Shown here in pieces: positions 10,161 through 21,646 of a stretch of DNA of 43,299 nucleotides. A model generated the notes under the pieces. It was not told the origin of the DNA, ran no database searches, and saw only the letters and a list, made by a program, of their open reading frames with translations. The position numbers and the translations under genes are program-made. The DNA comes from Nitrospirota bacterium (lineage in GTDB: Bacteria > Nitrospirota > Thermodesulfovibrionia > Thermodesulfovibrionales > SM23-35): contig JACAEY010000087.1 in NCBI GenBank assembly GCA_013388605.1, positions 1 through 43,299 of the forward strand, given 5' to 3'. Within the stretch, counting starts at the first letter, position 1, and each line of letters opens with the position of its first letter.

Positions 10161-11395
10161 TATGGGTTTGTTGTGAGGATCTTTTTTGTAATATCAGGAT
10201 AGGTTGCAATAAATCTCAATTCGTCATCTGTGAGAGGTTTCTGTGTATGAAGATTTGCATATTGAACGAGTTCAAGGACCCTCCGTGCCTCATTGTCATC
10301 GTGAAAATGTATTCCAAGTTTGTCATATACATGTCTGAATCCTTTTATACCGCCATACTCACCTGTTGTTATTATTCTCCCTGTCTCATGCAGTTCAGGT
10401 TTACCCCTTCCAACATCTTCAGGGTCATAAAGTTCATAGTTGCGGCGGTCTTTTAATGCTCCGTCTGCATGAATCCCTGACTCATGTGCGAATGCGTTAG
10501 CACCTACCCCGGGCTGGTTTATAGGTATCGGTATATTGAATGCATATGAAGCATATCTACCTATTTTCCAGGATTTCTTTAGATCCACCTTTTCATCAAG
10601 AGGTACTTTTTCTTTAAGGGCATGAGAGAATCTTAGAGCTAATATTGTGGATACGAGGTCACAATTTCCACATCTTTCTCCATATCCATTAACTGTTGTG
10701 TTAATATAAGAATCAACACCGCCTTCTATAGCTCCCTGTGCTCCAGCTACAGAAACAGCTTCTGCCATTCCAAGGTCATTATGACAATGCATTTCAATAG
10801 GGAACTTTGTTGAAAGGGCAAGTGTCTTTATTCTTTCATAAATACTTATTGAATCATCTGTACCAAGGGTATCGCAATATCTGAAACGGTCTGCACCTGC
10901 TTCTTTTCCTACTAAAATAAATTCTATCAATCTCTCGAGATCAGTTCTCGAGGCATCCTCTGCATTAACTCCAACTGTTTCAGCACCAAGCTCTTTTGCA
11001 GTCTTTACAGCCTCAGAAAGTGATCTTACAATATCTTTAAATGTCTTTTTTCCCAGAAATTTACCTTTTATCATTATTTCAGAAGTGGATATAGAGATAT
11101 TTATATGTTTGATATCAGGACAATTTTTAAAAGTAAGTTTGACGTCTTCGGGAATTGCCCTGCACCATCCTTCAAGCCTCATTCGTTTAATCACGCCTAT
11201 CTTTACAAGGTCGAGGTTTGCATTTATATAGTTCACTTCATGCTTGAGGGTTGGAAAACCTATCTCACTTTGAAAAACGCCCATCTCGTCCAGATAGAGA
11301 TTCAACATTGTCTTGGAGAGTTTTGGGAGGAGTATCCGAGATGTCTGGACCCCATCCCTGTTTGTTACATCAATCAAGTAAACTTTGTTTTTCAT
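10160..11395 (-). CDS. HMGL-like (isopropylmalate/homocitrate/Re-citrate synthase family) condensing enzyme
   Basis: Motifs are [22 protein letters not shown] and [11 protein letters not shown]. There is no LeuA regulatory domain. I chose the ATG at 11395, preceded by AAGGAGG, over the upstream ATG at 11428. Confidence 0.7.
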   Translation of the reverse strand: MKNKVYLIDVTNRDGVQTSRILLPKLSKTMLNLYLDEMGVFQSEIGFPTLKHEVNYINANLDLVKIGVIKRMRLEGWCRAIPEDVKLTFKNCPDIKHINISISTSEIMIKGKFLGKKTFKDIVRSLSEAVKTAKELGAETVGVNAEDASRTDLERLIEFILVGKEAGADRFRYCDTLGTDDSISIYERIKTLALSTKFPIEMHCHNDLGMAEAVSVAGAQGAIEGGVDSYINTTVNGYGERCGNCDLVSTILALRFSHALKEKVPLDEKVDLKKSWKIGRYASYAFNIPIPINQPGVGANAFAHESGIHADGALKDRRNYELYDPEDVGRGKPELHETGRIITTGEYGGIKGFRHVYDKLGIHFHDDNEARRVLELVQYANLHTQKPLTDDELRFIATYPDITKKILTTNP

Positions 11396-11512
11396 ATGCC
11401 TCCTTTTGCTTAGACCATACTGTAACATTGAAACAAATGGATAGTTTATTAAGTAGTTTAAAAATAACAGATTTTCTTTTCAGAATACAATATTTTAAAA
11501 AATATGTGAATA

Positions 11513-11635
11513 CATACTTGTCCAAAATAATAAAGAAGACTATGACTGGATACCTTATAAACATAATGAATCTAAAGGATAATTGTATGGCAGACCTCTT
11601 TCTGTCCATATTTCAGAATATCTTGGACAGCAATG
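11513..11635. mobile_element. MITE-like nonautonomous element, copy 2 (123 bp)
   Basis: Flanked by the 9-bp direct repeat ATGTGAATA (11504-11512 and 11636-11644). Left end is CATACTTGTCCAAAATAATA; the right end reverse-complemented is CATTGCTGTCCAAGATATTCTGAAAT. The termini match copy 1, but the interior differs. Confidence 0.55.
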
Positions 11636-11674
11636 ATGTGAATACTAATAATTTATATAGTTCCACCTGTTTAT

Positions 11675-13417
11675 TTAGTCGGTATCTGCAAATTTTAGTA
11701 ATGTTCCTCTTTTTGCAGTTCCATATCTGAAGACAGTTATACCTTTACAATTTTTTTTATATGCAAGCAAAAAGGCCTTTGCGACATCTTCTTTTTTTAC
11801 ACTATGAGGCATATTAATAGTCTTTGAAACAGCATTGTCTGTGAATTCCTGAAAACGTGACTGCATTTCGATGTGATCCTCAAATGATATTTCGTGGGCT
11901 ACCTTAAAAATACTCTTTATATCATTAGGAACTTCTTTTATCCCCTTAAGACTGCCTCTTTCTATAACTTTCTTTTTTAAATATTCACTATAAAATCTCC
12001 TTTTCATAGCTATTTCAAAAAAATATTTATTAACCTCTTGGAGTTCGGTATCCATTATTAATCTCTTAAAAGCAAGGGCAAATATAGGTTCGATTCCGCT
12101 AGAACAGTCGGCAATAATTGAAAGAGTTCCAGTAGGAGCAATAGTTGTAGTCGTTGCATTTCTTACCCTTGGCATATTAGGAGCATCATATATTGAGCCT
12201 TTAAAATTTGGGAAAACACCTCTTGATTTAGCGAGTTCAACTGATGCTTCACGCGTTTTATTCCTTAAAAACCTCATCAGTTCACTTGCAAGGTTAAAAG
12301 CCTTCTTATGATTATAGGGGATACCAAGCATTATTAGTGTATCAGCCCAGCCCATAACTCCAAGCCCTATTTTTCTATTCCCTTTATGCATATTCTCTAT
12401 TTCAGGAAGAGGGTATTTATTTACGTCTATTGCATTATCAAGAAATCGAACTGCTGTTTTAATATCCTCTGAGAGACTTTCAAGGGCAAGATCTTCTTTG
12501 AAGCCTTTGAATTTAAAAGTTTGATCTTCCATGATAGAGTGTTTCACATATTTTGATAAGTTGACCGATCCTAATACACATGCTTCATAGGGAAGTAATG
12601 GCTGTTCACCACAGGGGTTTGTAGATTCGATGACCCCAATATTTGGAGTAGGGTTCGCTTTATTGATTCTGTCTATAAAAATGATTCCTGGATCACCGGT
12701 CTTCCATGCACTTTCTACCATTGCTTCAAATATTATTTTTGCCTTTATTCTTTTAACTGGTTCTTTACTTCTTGGATTGATAAGTTCATATTCTTCATCC
12801 TTTTTGAGCGCTTCCATAAAAGCATCAGTTACTGAAACAGATATATTGAAATTGGTCAATTCGCTTCCTGTCCTTTTGATTTTTATAAAGTCAAGGATAT
12901 CTGGATGGTCAACCCTTAGTATACCCATATTAGCTCCTCGTCTTGCACCGCCCTGTTTTATAACCTCTGTAGCTGTGTTATAAATCCTCATAAAAGTAAC
13001 AGGACCACTTGCTATACCTCCAGTGGAACGCACAATATCAGACTTTGGTCGCAGCCTGGAAAACGAAAAACCTGTTCCTCCGCCACTTTGCAAGATTAGC
13101 GCTGCATTTTTTAAAGTATCGAAAATAGATTTCATAGAATCTTCAACAGGCAAGACAAAACAGGCAGCAAGCTGTCCGATATCTTTCCCGGCATTCATTA
13201 GGGTAGGGGAATTTGGAAGAAAATTTAGATTGCTCATGAGAACAAAAAATTTTTCTTCCCATTCATCAGTATTACCACCATAAAGATTTTCTGCTGAAGC
13301 GATAGCCTTTGCTACTCTCCTGAACATATCTTCTGGTGTTTCGATTACAACCCCTTCTTCATTTTTTAGCAGATACCGCTGTTTAAGAACTTCAATACCA
13401 TTTTCAGTAAGATTCAT
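11675..13417 (-). CDS. nrdJ: Class II (adenosylcobalamin-dependent) ribonucleotide reductase-like protein, catalytic core only (lacks the C-terminal TSCPD/zinc-ribbon region)
   Basis: 580 aa, colinear with the 741-aa paralog at 31691-33916. Shared motifs are LPNSPTLMNAG, ACFVLP, GGGTGFSFSRLRP and STNPCGEQPLLPYEAC. It ends at ...CKGITVFRYGTAKRG..., where the paralog continues for about 170 aa. Confidence 0.85.
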   Translation of the reverse strand: MNLTENGIEVLKQRYLLKNEEGVVIETPEDMFRRVAKAIASAENLYGGNTDEWEEKFFVLMSNLNFLPNSPTLMNAGKDIGQLAACFVLPVEDSMKSIFDTLKNAALILQSGGGTGFSFSRLRPKSDIVRSTGGIASGPVTFMRIYNTATEVIKQGGARRGANMGILRVDHPDILDFIKIKRTGSELTNFNISVSVTDAFMEALKKDEEYELINPRSKEPVKRIKAKIIFEAMVESAWKTGDPGIIFIDRINKANPTPNIGVIESTNPCGEQPLLPYEACVLGSVNLSKYVKHSIMEDQTFKFKGFKEDLALESLSEDIKTAVRFLDNAIDVNKYPLPEIENMHKGNRKIGLGVMGWADTLIMLGIPYNHKKAFNLASELMRFLRNKTREASVELAKSRGVFPNFKGSIYDAPNMPRVRNATTTTIAPTGTLSIIADCSSGIEPIFALAFKRLIMDTELQEVNKYFFEIAMKRRFYSEYLKKKVIERGSLKGIKEVPNDIKSIFKVAHEISFEDHIEMQSRFQEFTDNAVSKTINMPHSVKKEDVAKAFLLAYKKNCKGITVFRYGTAKRGTLLKFADTD

Positions 13418-13419
13418 GA

Positions 13420-14931
13420 TTAGACTTTTTTCCTTGCTTCCAGTTTATTCAGTGCATTAATGTAGGCCTTTGCAGAGGCAACTATAATATCGGTATCAGC
13501 ACCATGCCCCCTTACTGTTCTGCCTCCTTCTTCAAGAGTGACTAGCACTTCTCCAAGGGCATCTGTTCCCCCTGTGATGCTTTTTACTTCAAATTTCAAG
13601 AGATTGCTTTTTGTATTTGTAATTGATGCAATCGCTTTATAGGTTGCATCAACAGGTCCATCGCCATATTTCTTTTTCTTTATTTTCTTCCCATCTACTT
13701 TAAGTGTGACAGTTGCAGTAGGTTTCTTTTTTAAGCCACTCTCAATGTAATGATCTACAAGACTATAAATCTCTGGGACCTTTGCTACATCTTCTGTAAT
13801 CAATGCCTCAATATCCTCATCAAAAATATCTTTCTTCTGGTCAGCAAGCCTTTTGAATCTTTCAAATGCATTGTTCAGCTCTTCATCAGAAAGGACATAA
13901 CCTAGTTCTTTTAGTCTTGTTTTAAAGGCATGTCTTCCAGAGTGTTTACCAAGGACAAGCTTTGTGGAAGTTAAACCCACACTTTCAGGCTTAATAATCT
14001 CATACGTAGTCTTCTCTTTTAGAAGTCCATCTTGGTGGATACCGGATTCATGAGCAAAGGCGTTCGCTCCAACAATTGCCTTATTGGGTTGAACAGAAAT
14101 TCCAGTTATTTTGGTAACCAGCCTACTTGTCCGTATTATCTCTTCTGTATTTATTTTCGTATCAGCATGGAAAATATCTCTACGGGTTCTAAGAGACATA
14201 ACTACTTCTTCTAAGGAACAATTTCCTGCTCGTTCTCCAATCCCATTGATAGTACATTCAATCTGTCCTGCACCATTTAGTACCGCAATGAGTGAATTTG
14301 CGACTGCGAGACCAAGGTCATTATGGCAGTGGACAGAAATAACAGCATTCTTAATATTCTTTACCTTTTTACAAATTGTTTTAATCATGTTTCCGAATTC
14401 ATTCGGGATACTATAACCGACAGTATCAGGGATATTTATTGTTAAAGCACCAGCTTCTATAACTGCTTCTATAACATCACAAAGGTAAGAAATATCTGTT
14501 CTTGTTGCATCCATAGGTGAGAACTCAACATCATCTACATAGCTTTTTGCAAGTTTGACCATCTCTACAGACCTCTTTAATGCATCTTCCCTGCTTATTC
14601 TGAATTGATATTTAAGATGGATGTCTGAGGTTGAATGGAATGTATGAATCCTTCTTTTGGGAACATTATTTAATGCCTCCCATGCCCTTTTAATATCTAC
14701 TTCCTTCGCCCTGGCAAGACTGCATATAATTGGTCCATCTACTTCACCACCGATTGTCTTTATTGCCTCAAAATCTCCTGGTGAACTTATAGCAAAACCA
14801 GCCTCTATCACATCTACACCGAGACGAGCAAGTTGCTTTGCGAGAGCCAATTTCTCTTTTACATTCATAGATGCTCCTGGTGATTGCTCACCGTCACGAA
14901 GTGTAGTATCAAAAATCTTAATCATTCTCAT
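13420..14931 (-). CDS. leuA: 2-isopropylmalate synthase
   Basis: 503 aa with FDTTLRDGEQSPG, HCHNDLGLAVANS and [11 protein letters not shown], plus a C-terminal LeuA allosteric/dimerisation domain. Confidence 0.9.
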   Translation of the reverse strand: MRMIKIFDTTLRDGEQSPGASMNVKEKLALAKQLARLGVDVIEAGFAISSPGDFEAIKTIGGEVDGPIICSLARAKEVDIKRAWEALNNVPKRRIHTFHSTSDIHLKYQFRISREDALKRSVEMVKLAKSYVDDVEFSPMDATRTDISYLCDVIEAVIEAGALTINIPDTVGYSIPNEFGNMIKTICKKVKNIKNAVISVHCHNDLGLAVANSLIAVLNGAGQIECTINGIGERAGNCSLEEVVMSLRTRRDIFHADTKINTEEIIRTSRLVTKITGISVQPNKAIVGANAFAHESGIHQDGLLKEKTTYEIIKPESVGLTSTKLVLGKHSGRHAFKTRLKELGYVLSDEELNNAFERFKRLADQKKDIFDEDIEALITEDVAKVPEIYSLVDHYIESGLKKKPTATVTLKVDGKKIKKKKYGDGPVDATYKAIASITNTKSNLLKFEVKSITGGTDALGEVLVTLEEGGRTVRGHGADTDIIVASAKAYINALNKLEARKKV

Positions 14932-15659
14932 TATGTAACTCCTGTTTTACTTATCTGTTTTCTTTTTCTGTAATAAAGTATTACATTTTCAATTATACCA
15001 CCAAACAAATAAGCCATTGCGAATAAAAAGAGGGCAATAGGTGGATGGACAATTATAAAAGTAAAAATAATAACTATAGCTACTAAAATACTAAAAGGTT
15101 TTCTTTTCGAAAGATTTAATTCCTTTGCTCCATGGAACCTGAGTGTACTTACCATCAACATTGAAAGAAAGATCGAGAGTAATAAAATTAAATAATTTTT
15201 TTCAGGTTTTAGTTCCCATATTTCATAATAAAAGATTATAAGAGTTGCTATAACTGCAGCAGCTCCAGGAATAGGCATTCCTGTAAATGCTTTAGATTCA
15301 GCAGACCCCATCTGGACATTATATCTTGCGAGTCTGAGTGCACCACATACCATAAATAGAAATGCCGTTGACCATCCAATTCTTCCAAAAGGTGTGAGCG
15401 CCCATTTATAAAGTACTACTGCAGGGGCAACGCCAAAAGCTACAAGGTCAGAAAGTGAATCGAGCTCAATTCCAAATTTTGTAGTGCTATGTGTGAGCCT
15501 TGCAACCCATCCATCAAGCCCATCAAATACATTAGCTATCAATATTGCCCATGCTGCATGGATATAATTTTCTTTGAGTGCTGCGAGGATTGAGTAAAAT
15601 CCAAAGAACATTCCGCATATTGTAAGCGTAGTAGGTAATAAATAAACCCCTTTCTTCAT
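14931..15659 (-). CDS. pssA: CDP-diacylglycerol--serine O-phosphatidyltransferase
   Basis: 242 aa polytopic membrane protein. It carries the CDP-alcohol phosphotransferase motif DGLDGWVAR...G.ELDSLSD. Confidence 0.9.
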   Translation of the reverse strand: MKKGVYLLPTTLTICGMFFGFYSILAALKENYIHAAWAILIANVFDGLDGWVARLTHSTTKFGIELDSLSDLVAFGVAPAVVLYKWALTPFGRIGWSTAFLFMVCGALRLARYNVQMGSAESKAFTGMPIPGAAAVIATLIIFYYEIWELKPEKNYLILLLSIFLSMLMVSTLRFHGAKELNLSKRKPFSILVAIVIIFTFIIVHPPIALFLFAMAYLFGGIIENVILYYRKRKQISKTGVT

Positions 15660-15665
15660 TTTGTT

Positions 15666-16292
15666 CTATATCTCGCCTAAAATTGTCTCCCCAGCTCTTA
15701 CTTTATCTCCGACTTTGACTTTTATTTTTATAGCATTGGGAAGATATATATCAAGTCTTGAACCAAATTTTATCATTCCATATCTTTCGCCACGTCTTAA
15801 TACATCCCCAGTCTTAACCCTACAGACTATCCTCCTTGCAATAAAACCAGCAACTTGCCTAACAAGTATCTTTCCATATTCTCCTTCAATAACTATGACG
15901 TTGTTTTCATTTTCCAGTGAAGCAATATCTTTGTGTGCAACAAAAAATTTACCCGCTGAATGTTTTATAAAAGTAACTTTACCATCACAGGGAGAACGGT
16001 TAATATGTACATTAAAAAGAGACATGAATATACTAATTTCCTTTGATTCAGCCTTCAGATAGTCTTTCTCATAGACGTCTCTTATAAGTATTACCTTGCC
16101 ATCCGCAGGGGATACGAAAATACCTTTGTTTGAAGGAACATCTCTTTCTGGATCCCTGAAGAAAAGACACATGAACATAGTTACAATTAGAGGGAAGATG
16201 GTTAACCATGGTTTTGCAAAGATAAAAACAAGTATTGAAAGAAGTACAAATATTAATATAAATGGGTATCCGTCTGGAGCTATTTTAAGCAT
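15666..16292 (-). CDS. psd: Phosphatidylserine decarboxylase (short, Asd-type proenzyme)
   Basis: 208 aa with an N-terminal TM helix and a C-terminal KFGSRLD self-cleavage-type motif. It is adjacent to pssA. Confidence 0.85.
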   Translation of the reverse strand: MLKIAPDGYPFILIFVLLSILVFIFAKPWLTIFPLIVTMFMCLFFRDPERDVPSNKGIFVSPADGKVILIRDVYEKDYLKAESKEISIFMSLFNVHINRSPCDGKVTFIKHSAGKFFVAHKDIASLENENNVIVIEGEYGKILVRQVAGFIARRIVCRVKTGDVLRRGERYGMIKFGSRLDIYLPNAIKIKVKVGDKVRAGETILGEI

Positions 16293-16396
16293 AATTTAGT
16301 AACAAGTAATGAGTAACAAGTAAAAAGTCATAATATACCTACTTATAAATTATTTCTGATCATTACCTATAACCCGTACTCACCGCTTATTACTTT

Positions 16397-17422
<1,026 letters not shown>

Positions 17423-17747
17423 CTACTTAAATTATGGAGTTAAGTAGGGAGTATTATATTACAAAGGTATGTTTTTTTTCTAATTACCCCTAAATGTACT
17501 GATATATTAGATATTGCTATTCATGAAAGTGACTATAGGAGTTATAATTTTATTAGACTTATAATTTAGAAGATTTTTAGAGGATGTAAAAGGACCGAAT
17601 GTGCTAACGTTTTAAAAACTTTAACAGCTTCGGCCCCACCTCCAATGATATTTTCAAAAATTTAATTTAAATATTAGAAAATAGTCTACAAAATTGAAAC
17701 AGAAAAATCTATATGCTGTCAAGGAAAATATTTTGTTTATCATTTAT

Positions 17748-18176
17748 TTAAGACATCTCTTTTTGTTTTATATTTAAGTATATGAAGATATAGCATAAAA
17801 ATGCTAAAAGAGATCCAATTATGAAAGTGCCAAAAAGAAAAGGTAAAAATAGGCTTTCAATGATAAAAAAGATATGAGGAAGTGTAATATTTTCCATCTT
17901 TATATTTAAAATAAGATATTCTGCTCCGAGAGATTTTATGCCTATCCATGTACTGAAAACATATAGTGGTAAAAGGGACCAGAAGGGTAGTAAATATATG
18001 CCAGAAATTGTAGCAAATGTATTAAGACGAAACATCCATGATGCTATTAACCCTAACATGGTATGGAAACCCCAAAAAGGGGAAATTCCAATAAATACGC
18101 CTATTGAAAAAGAAAATGCCAATTTATGATGTGAGTCCTTTAACCTTATGATGTATCTGATTCTATCTGTAAGCAC
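17748..18176 (-). CDS. DUF2062-like membrane protein
   Basis: HKLAFSFSIGVFIGISPFWGFHT followed by 3 more TM segments. The track ORF starts at TTG 18236, inside thiL. GTG 18176 or TTG 18179 are more plausible starts, so the start is uncertain. Confidence 0.6.
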   Translation of the reverse strand: MLTDRIRYIIRLKDSHHKLAFSFSIGVFIGISPFWGFHTMLGLIASWMFRLNTFATISGIYLLPFWSLLPLYVFSTWIGIKSLGAEYLILNIKMENITLPHIFFIIESLFLPFLFGTFIIGSLLAFLCYIFIYLNIKQKEMS

Positions 18177-19179
18177 CAAAGTGTTGATACCCCTCTGCAG
18201 AAAAAGCCCTTTTCCTACCCGATATATCAATAACAACTCTTTCTGATTCAGTTATATCACCTATATATATAGCCCTGATTTTTTTATTTTCTTTTGCTGT
18301 GAATAAAAGTTCGTAGTCTTCTCCTCCTGAAAGAGCTAATCTAATAGGTGAGATACCAAGATATGATGCAGCAATTTTAAGTCCCGGGGACGTGGGAATA
18401 TTTCTTATAAATACTCTTGCCCCAACTTTACTCTCATCACAGATTCTTGATAAATCAATAAGTAGTCCGTCGCTTATATCTATCATCGATGTTGCGTATT
18501 TTACATATCTTTTAGGATTCCTTGCTAAAGGAAGAAGATGTCTTCTGAGAAGGGGTTCAGTATCTTTCCACTTTAATTCTTTTGCTAAAAGTTTAGAATG
18601 TAGGATATTAGTTTTTTCAAGGGGTATAGGGGTTTTTATATTTTTAAGCAATGCAAGACCACAAGCTGAATCACCTAAATTACCCGTAACATATATTTTG
18701 TCACCTACTTTTGCACCAGAGCGTCTTATATGTTTTTTTGCATGCCCGATGATTGTTGCAGATAAAGTCATCCCTATATTTGTAGAGGATATATCACCAC
18801 CTACAAGTGATACTTTATAATAGTGAATAGCCTTTTCAACTCCATTAAAAAAACTATCATATACTTTTTTTGATGTGTTTTTATTCATAGCTAAGTTTAG
18901 AAGAAGAAATCTGGGGGTTCCGCCCATTGCATAGATATCACTTACATTGATAGAAACTAATTTGAAACCAAGTTGATAAGGAGTTATATAATCCATATCA
19001 AAATGTACTCCTTCTACCATCATATCTGTAGTTAAAAGTATGTCTTCTTTAGGTGGTTTCAGCAGTGCAGCATCATCACCTATTCCAATTAAAATATTAT
19101 GTTGACCTTTTTTGAATCTTTTCTGTAACTCTTTTAAGAGGTTCAGTTCACCTATCTGTGAAAGCTTTTTGGAAGGCAT
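18163..19179 (-). CDS. thiL: Thiamine-monophosphate kinase
   Basis: 338 aa with an AIR-synthase-like fold: IGDDAALL, DMMVEGVHF and the ATSMIDISDGL block. Confidence 0.9.
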   Translation of the reverse strand: MPSKKLSQIGELNLLKELQKRFKKGQHNILIGIGDDAALLKPPKEDILLTTDMMVEGVHFDMDYITPYQLGFKLVSINVSDIYAMGGTPRFLLLNLAMNKNTSKKVYDSFFNGVEKAIHYYKVSLVGGDISSTNIGMTLSATIIGHAKKHIRRSGAKVGDKIYVTGNLGDSACGLALLKNIKTPIPLEKTNILHSKLLAKELKWKDTEPLLRRHLLPLARNPKRYVKYATSMIDISDGLLIDLSRICDESKVGARVFIRNIPTSPGLKIAASYLGISPIRLALSGGEDYELLFTAKENKKIRAIYIGDITESERVVIDISGRKRAFSAEGYQHFGAYR

Positions 19180-19205
19180 TAATCAATATTCGTAATGCAC
19201 GGAGT

Positions 19206-21629
19206 CTAATTATCGGCACCTACTTTCTTTGAAGATAACCTATGGTTATTAGTTACCTTTTTTGTCTTTTTGCTGTCAGCCTTTTTTAATGCCACTTTCA
19301 GCACATCATCCATTGTCTCAGCCAAAATAAACTCCATATCCTTTTTGATATATTTTGGAATATCATCGAGGTCTTTTTTATTTCTTTTAGGGATTATGAC
19401 TTTTTTAATTCCCATCCTCTTTGCAGCAAGAGTTTTTTCTTTGAGTCCTCCCACAGGTAGTACTCTCCCTCTGAGTGTGACCTCGCCGGTCATGGCAATA
19501 TTTTTACTGACAGGTTTTCCTGTGAGTGCAGATGCAATTGCTGTTGCCATTGTAATTCCAGCGGAAGGCCCGTCTTTTGGTATTGCTCCAGCAGGAACAT
19601 GTATGTGAAGATCTGTCTTCGCAAACAAATCATCCTTAATGCCAAGATTTTTTGACTTTGATCTAACATAACTCAAAGCAGCCTGTGCAGATTCCTTCAT
19701 TACATCTCCGAGTTGCCCTGTTAAGGTAAGTTGACCTTTTCCCCTCATGGGTGTTGCTTCAACATATATCAGATCTCCTCCGGTTTCTGTCCAAGCCAGA
19801 CCTGTTGCCACACCAACTTCATCTTTTTCCATTTCCTCTTCAGGTAGATATTTAGGAACCCCTAAATATTTATGAACATTGTGTGCAGTTATAACGAATA
19901 TCTTGTCTTTTCCCTCAGCTATCTTCCGTGCAACTTTTCTGCAGATATTGGCTATCTCTCTCTCAAGATTTCTCACCCCAGCCTCGCGTGTATATTGTGA
20001 GATTATGCTACGCAAGCCAGAGTCAGTAATTTTTAGTATCTTGTTGCTGATGCCATGTTCCTCCAGTTGTTTAGGGATCAGATAGTTCTTTGCTATCCCA
20101 AGTTTTTCCTCTGTGGTATATCCAGAAAGATAAATTATTTCCATTCTATCTCTTAGAGGACTTGGTATAGTATCTACAAGATTTCCGGTTGTGATAAACA
20201 TAACTTTTGACAGGTCAAAAGGAACAGCGAGATAATGATCTACGAATGCAAAATTCTGTTCAGGGTCGAGTACCTCAAGAAGAGCTGAAGATGGATCCCC
20301 CCTGAAATCCATTCCTATCTTGTCAATCTCATCAAGCATAAATACTGGGTTATTCGTGTTCGCTGTTTTTATGCCCTGAATTATTCTTCCTGGAAGAGCA
20401 CCTACATAGGTCCTTCTATGTCCTCTTATCTCTGCCTCATCTCGCATTCCTCCTAAAGACATTCTTACAAATTCTCTTCCAAGCGCCCTTGCAATAGACC
20501 TCCCAAGAGATGTTTTACCAACCCCTGGTGGACCAATAAAACATAGGATAGGACCCTTCATATTTTCTTTGAGTTTTCTGACACTTAGATATTCCAGAAT
20601 ACGCTCTTTTACCTTCTCAAGGTCATAATGATCCTCATTAAGTACCTTTTCAGCAGACTTTATATCGAGGTTATCTGTTGTTGATTTAGACCATGGTAGT
20701 TCAACCAACCAATCAAGGTATGTCCTTACTGTAGCAGCCTCTGCACTGTCAGGATGCATCTTTTCAAGACGTTTAAGTTGTTTCTCAGTCTCTTTTAAAA
20801 CTTTTTCAGGCATATTTGATTCTTCTATCTTCTTTTTGAACTCTTTTATCTCCTCTGCCCTTTCATCTATCTCACCCAGTTCTTTCTGAATTGCCTTTAA
20901 TTGTTCTCTTAAGAAATACTCACGCTGAGTTTTATCTATTTCTCCACGCGCTTCAGACTGAATCTTCTGCTGAACTGTTAGAAGTTCAATTTCACGTCCT
21001 AATATTTCGCTAACACGTTTCAGTCTCTGAACTGGGTCCATGATCTCGAGTATCTCCTGTGCCTGTTCTGTTTTAAGTCCAATATTTGAAGCGATAAGAT
21101 CTGCAAGTCTTCCCGGTTCCTCAATCCCTTCAATGACACCCATTACGTCTGGTAGAATAGTTTTCCCAAGTGAAATAGTTTTATCCAACTGTTCTTTTAC
21201 TGTTCTTATCATTGCTTCTTCTTCAATGGTTAATGTCTCAATTTTTTCTTCAATTATCTTTTCGATATTTGCTTTAAAAAAGGGTTCTGTCTGAAAGTAA
21301 TTTAATGCTTTTGCCTTGGTTAAACCTCTTATCAAAATCTTTACCCTTCCATCAGGCAGTTTCAGCATCCTCATTATTACACCTACGGTTCCGACAGAAT
21401 AAAGATCATCCGGGGTAGGGTTTTCAACTTCGAGGTCTTTTTGAGTAATAAGGAGAACCATTTTGTTTGTATTTAAAGAGTATTCAATAGCCTTGATAGA
21501 CATTTCCCTTCCTACAAATAGAGGGAGTATCATGTAAGGAAATACCACTATATCTCTTACAGGAAGAACTGGTAAATTTTCAGGTATCTCTATCTCTTTA
21601 TTCTCTTTTTGTTCTAAGTCTATTACCAT
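19206..21629 (-). CDS. lon: ATP-dependent Lon protease (LonA)
   Basis: 807 aa with a LON N-domain, Walker [10 protein letters not shown] and the protease catalytic motif [12 protein letters not shown]. Confidence 0.97.
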   Translation of the reverse strand: MVIDLEQKENKEIEIPENLPVLPVRDIVVFPYMILPLFVGREMSIKAIEYSLNTNKMVLLITQKDLEVENPTPDDLYSVGTVGVIMRMLKLPDGRVKILIRGLTKAKALNYFQTEPFFKANIEKIIEEKIETLTIEEEAMIRTVKEQLDKTISLGKTILPDVMGVIEGIEEPGRLADLIASNIGLKTEQAQEILEIMDPVQRLKRVSEILGREIELLTVQQKIQSEARGEIDKTQREYFLREQLKAIQKELGEIDERAEEIKEFKKKIEESNMPEKVLKETEKQLKRLEKMHPDSAEAATVRTYLDWLVELPWSKSTTDNLDIKSAEKVLNEDHYDLEKVKERILEYLSVRKLKENMKGPILCFIGPPGVGKTSLGRSIARALGREFVRMSLGGMRDEAEIRGHRRTYVGALPGRIIQGIKTANTNNPVFMLDEIDKIGMDFRGDPSSALLEVLDPEQNFAFVDHYLAVPFDLSKVMFITTGNLVDTIPSPLRDRMEIIYLSGYTTEEKLGIAKNYLIPKQLEEHGISNKILKITDSGLRSIISQYTREAGVRNLEREIANICRKVARKIAEGKDKIFVITAHNVHKYLGVPKYLPEEEMEKDEVGVATGLAWTETGGDLIYVEATPMRGKGQLTLTGQLGDVMKESAQAALSYVRSKSKNLGIKDDLFAKTDLHIHVPAGAIPKDGPSAGITMATAIASALTGKPVSKNIAMTGEVTLRGRVLPVGGLKEKTLAAKRMGIKKVIIPKRNKKDLDDIPKYIKKDMEFILAETMDDVLKVALKKADSKKTKKVTNNHRLSSKKVGADN

Positions 21630-21646
21630 ATCTCTCCTTTAATAAA

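Noticed and set aside
11251-11730. ORFs 11251-11730 (+) and 11370-11609 (-)
   Set aside because: They run across the synthase 5' end, the MITE-like element and the nrdJ-like 3' end. They have low-complexity AT-rich translations, no SD and no motifs.
13418-13419. nrdJ-like short copy as a misassembled or frameshifted part of the long copy
   Set aside because: The two copies differ throughout at the amino-acid level (roughly 55-60% identity by eye) and have distinct flanks. They are therefore true paralogs, not an assembly duplicate.
16298-16323. Tandem AGTAACAAGTAA x2 (period 14) between ilvC and psd
   Set aside because: There are only two short copies in AT-rich spacer. That is too little for a regulatory or repeat-family call.
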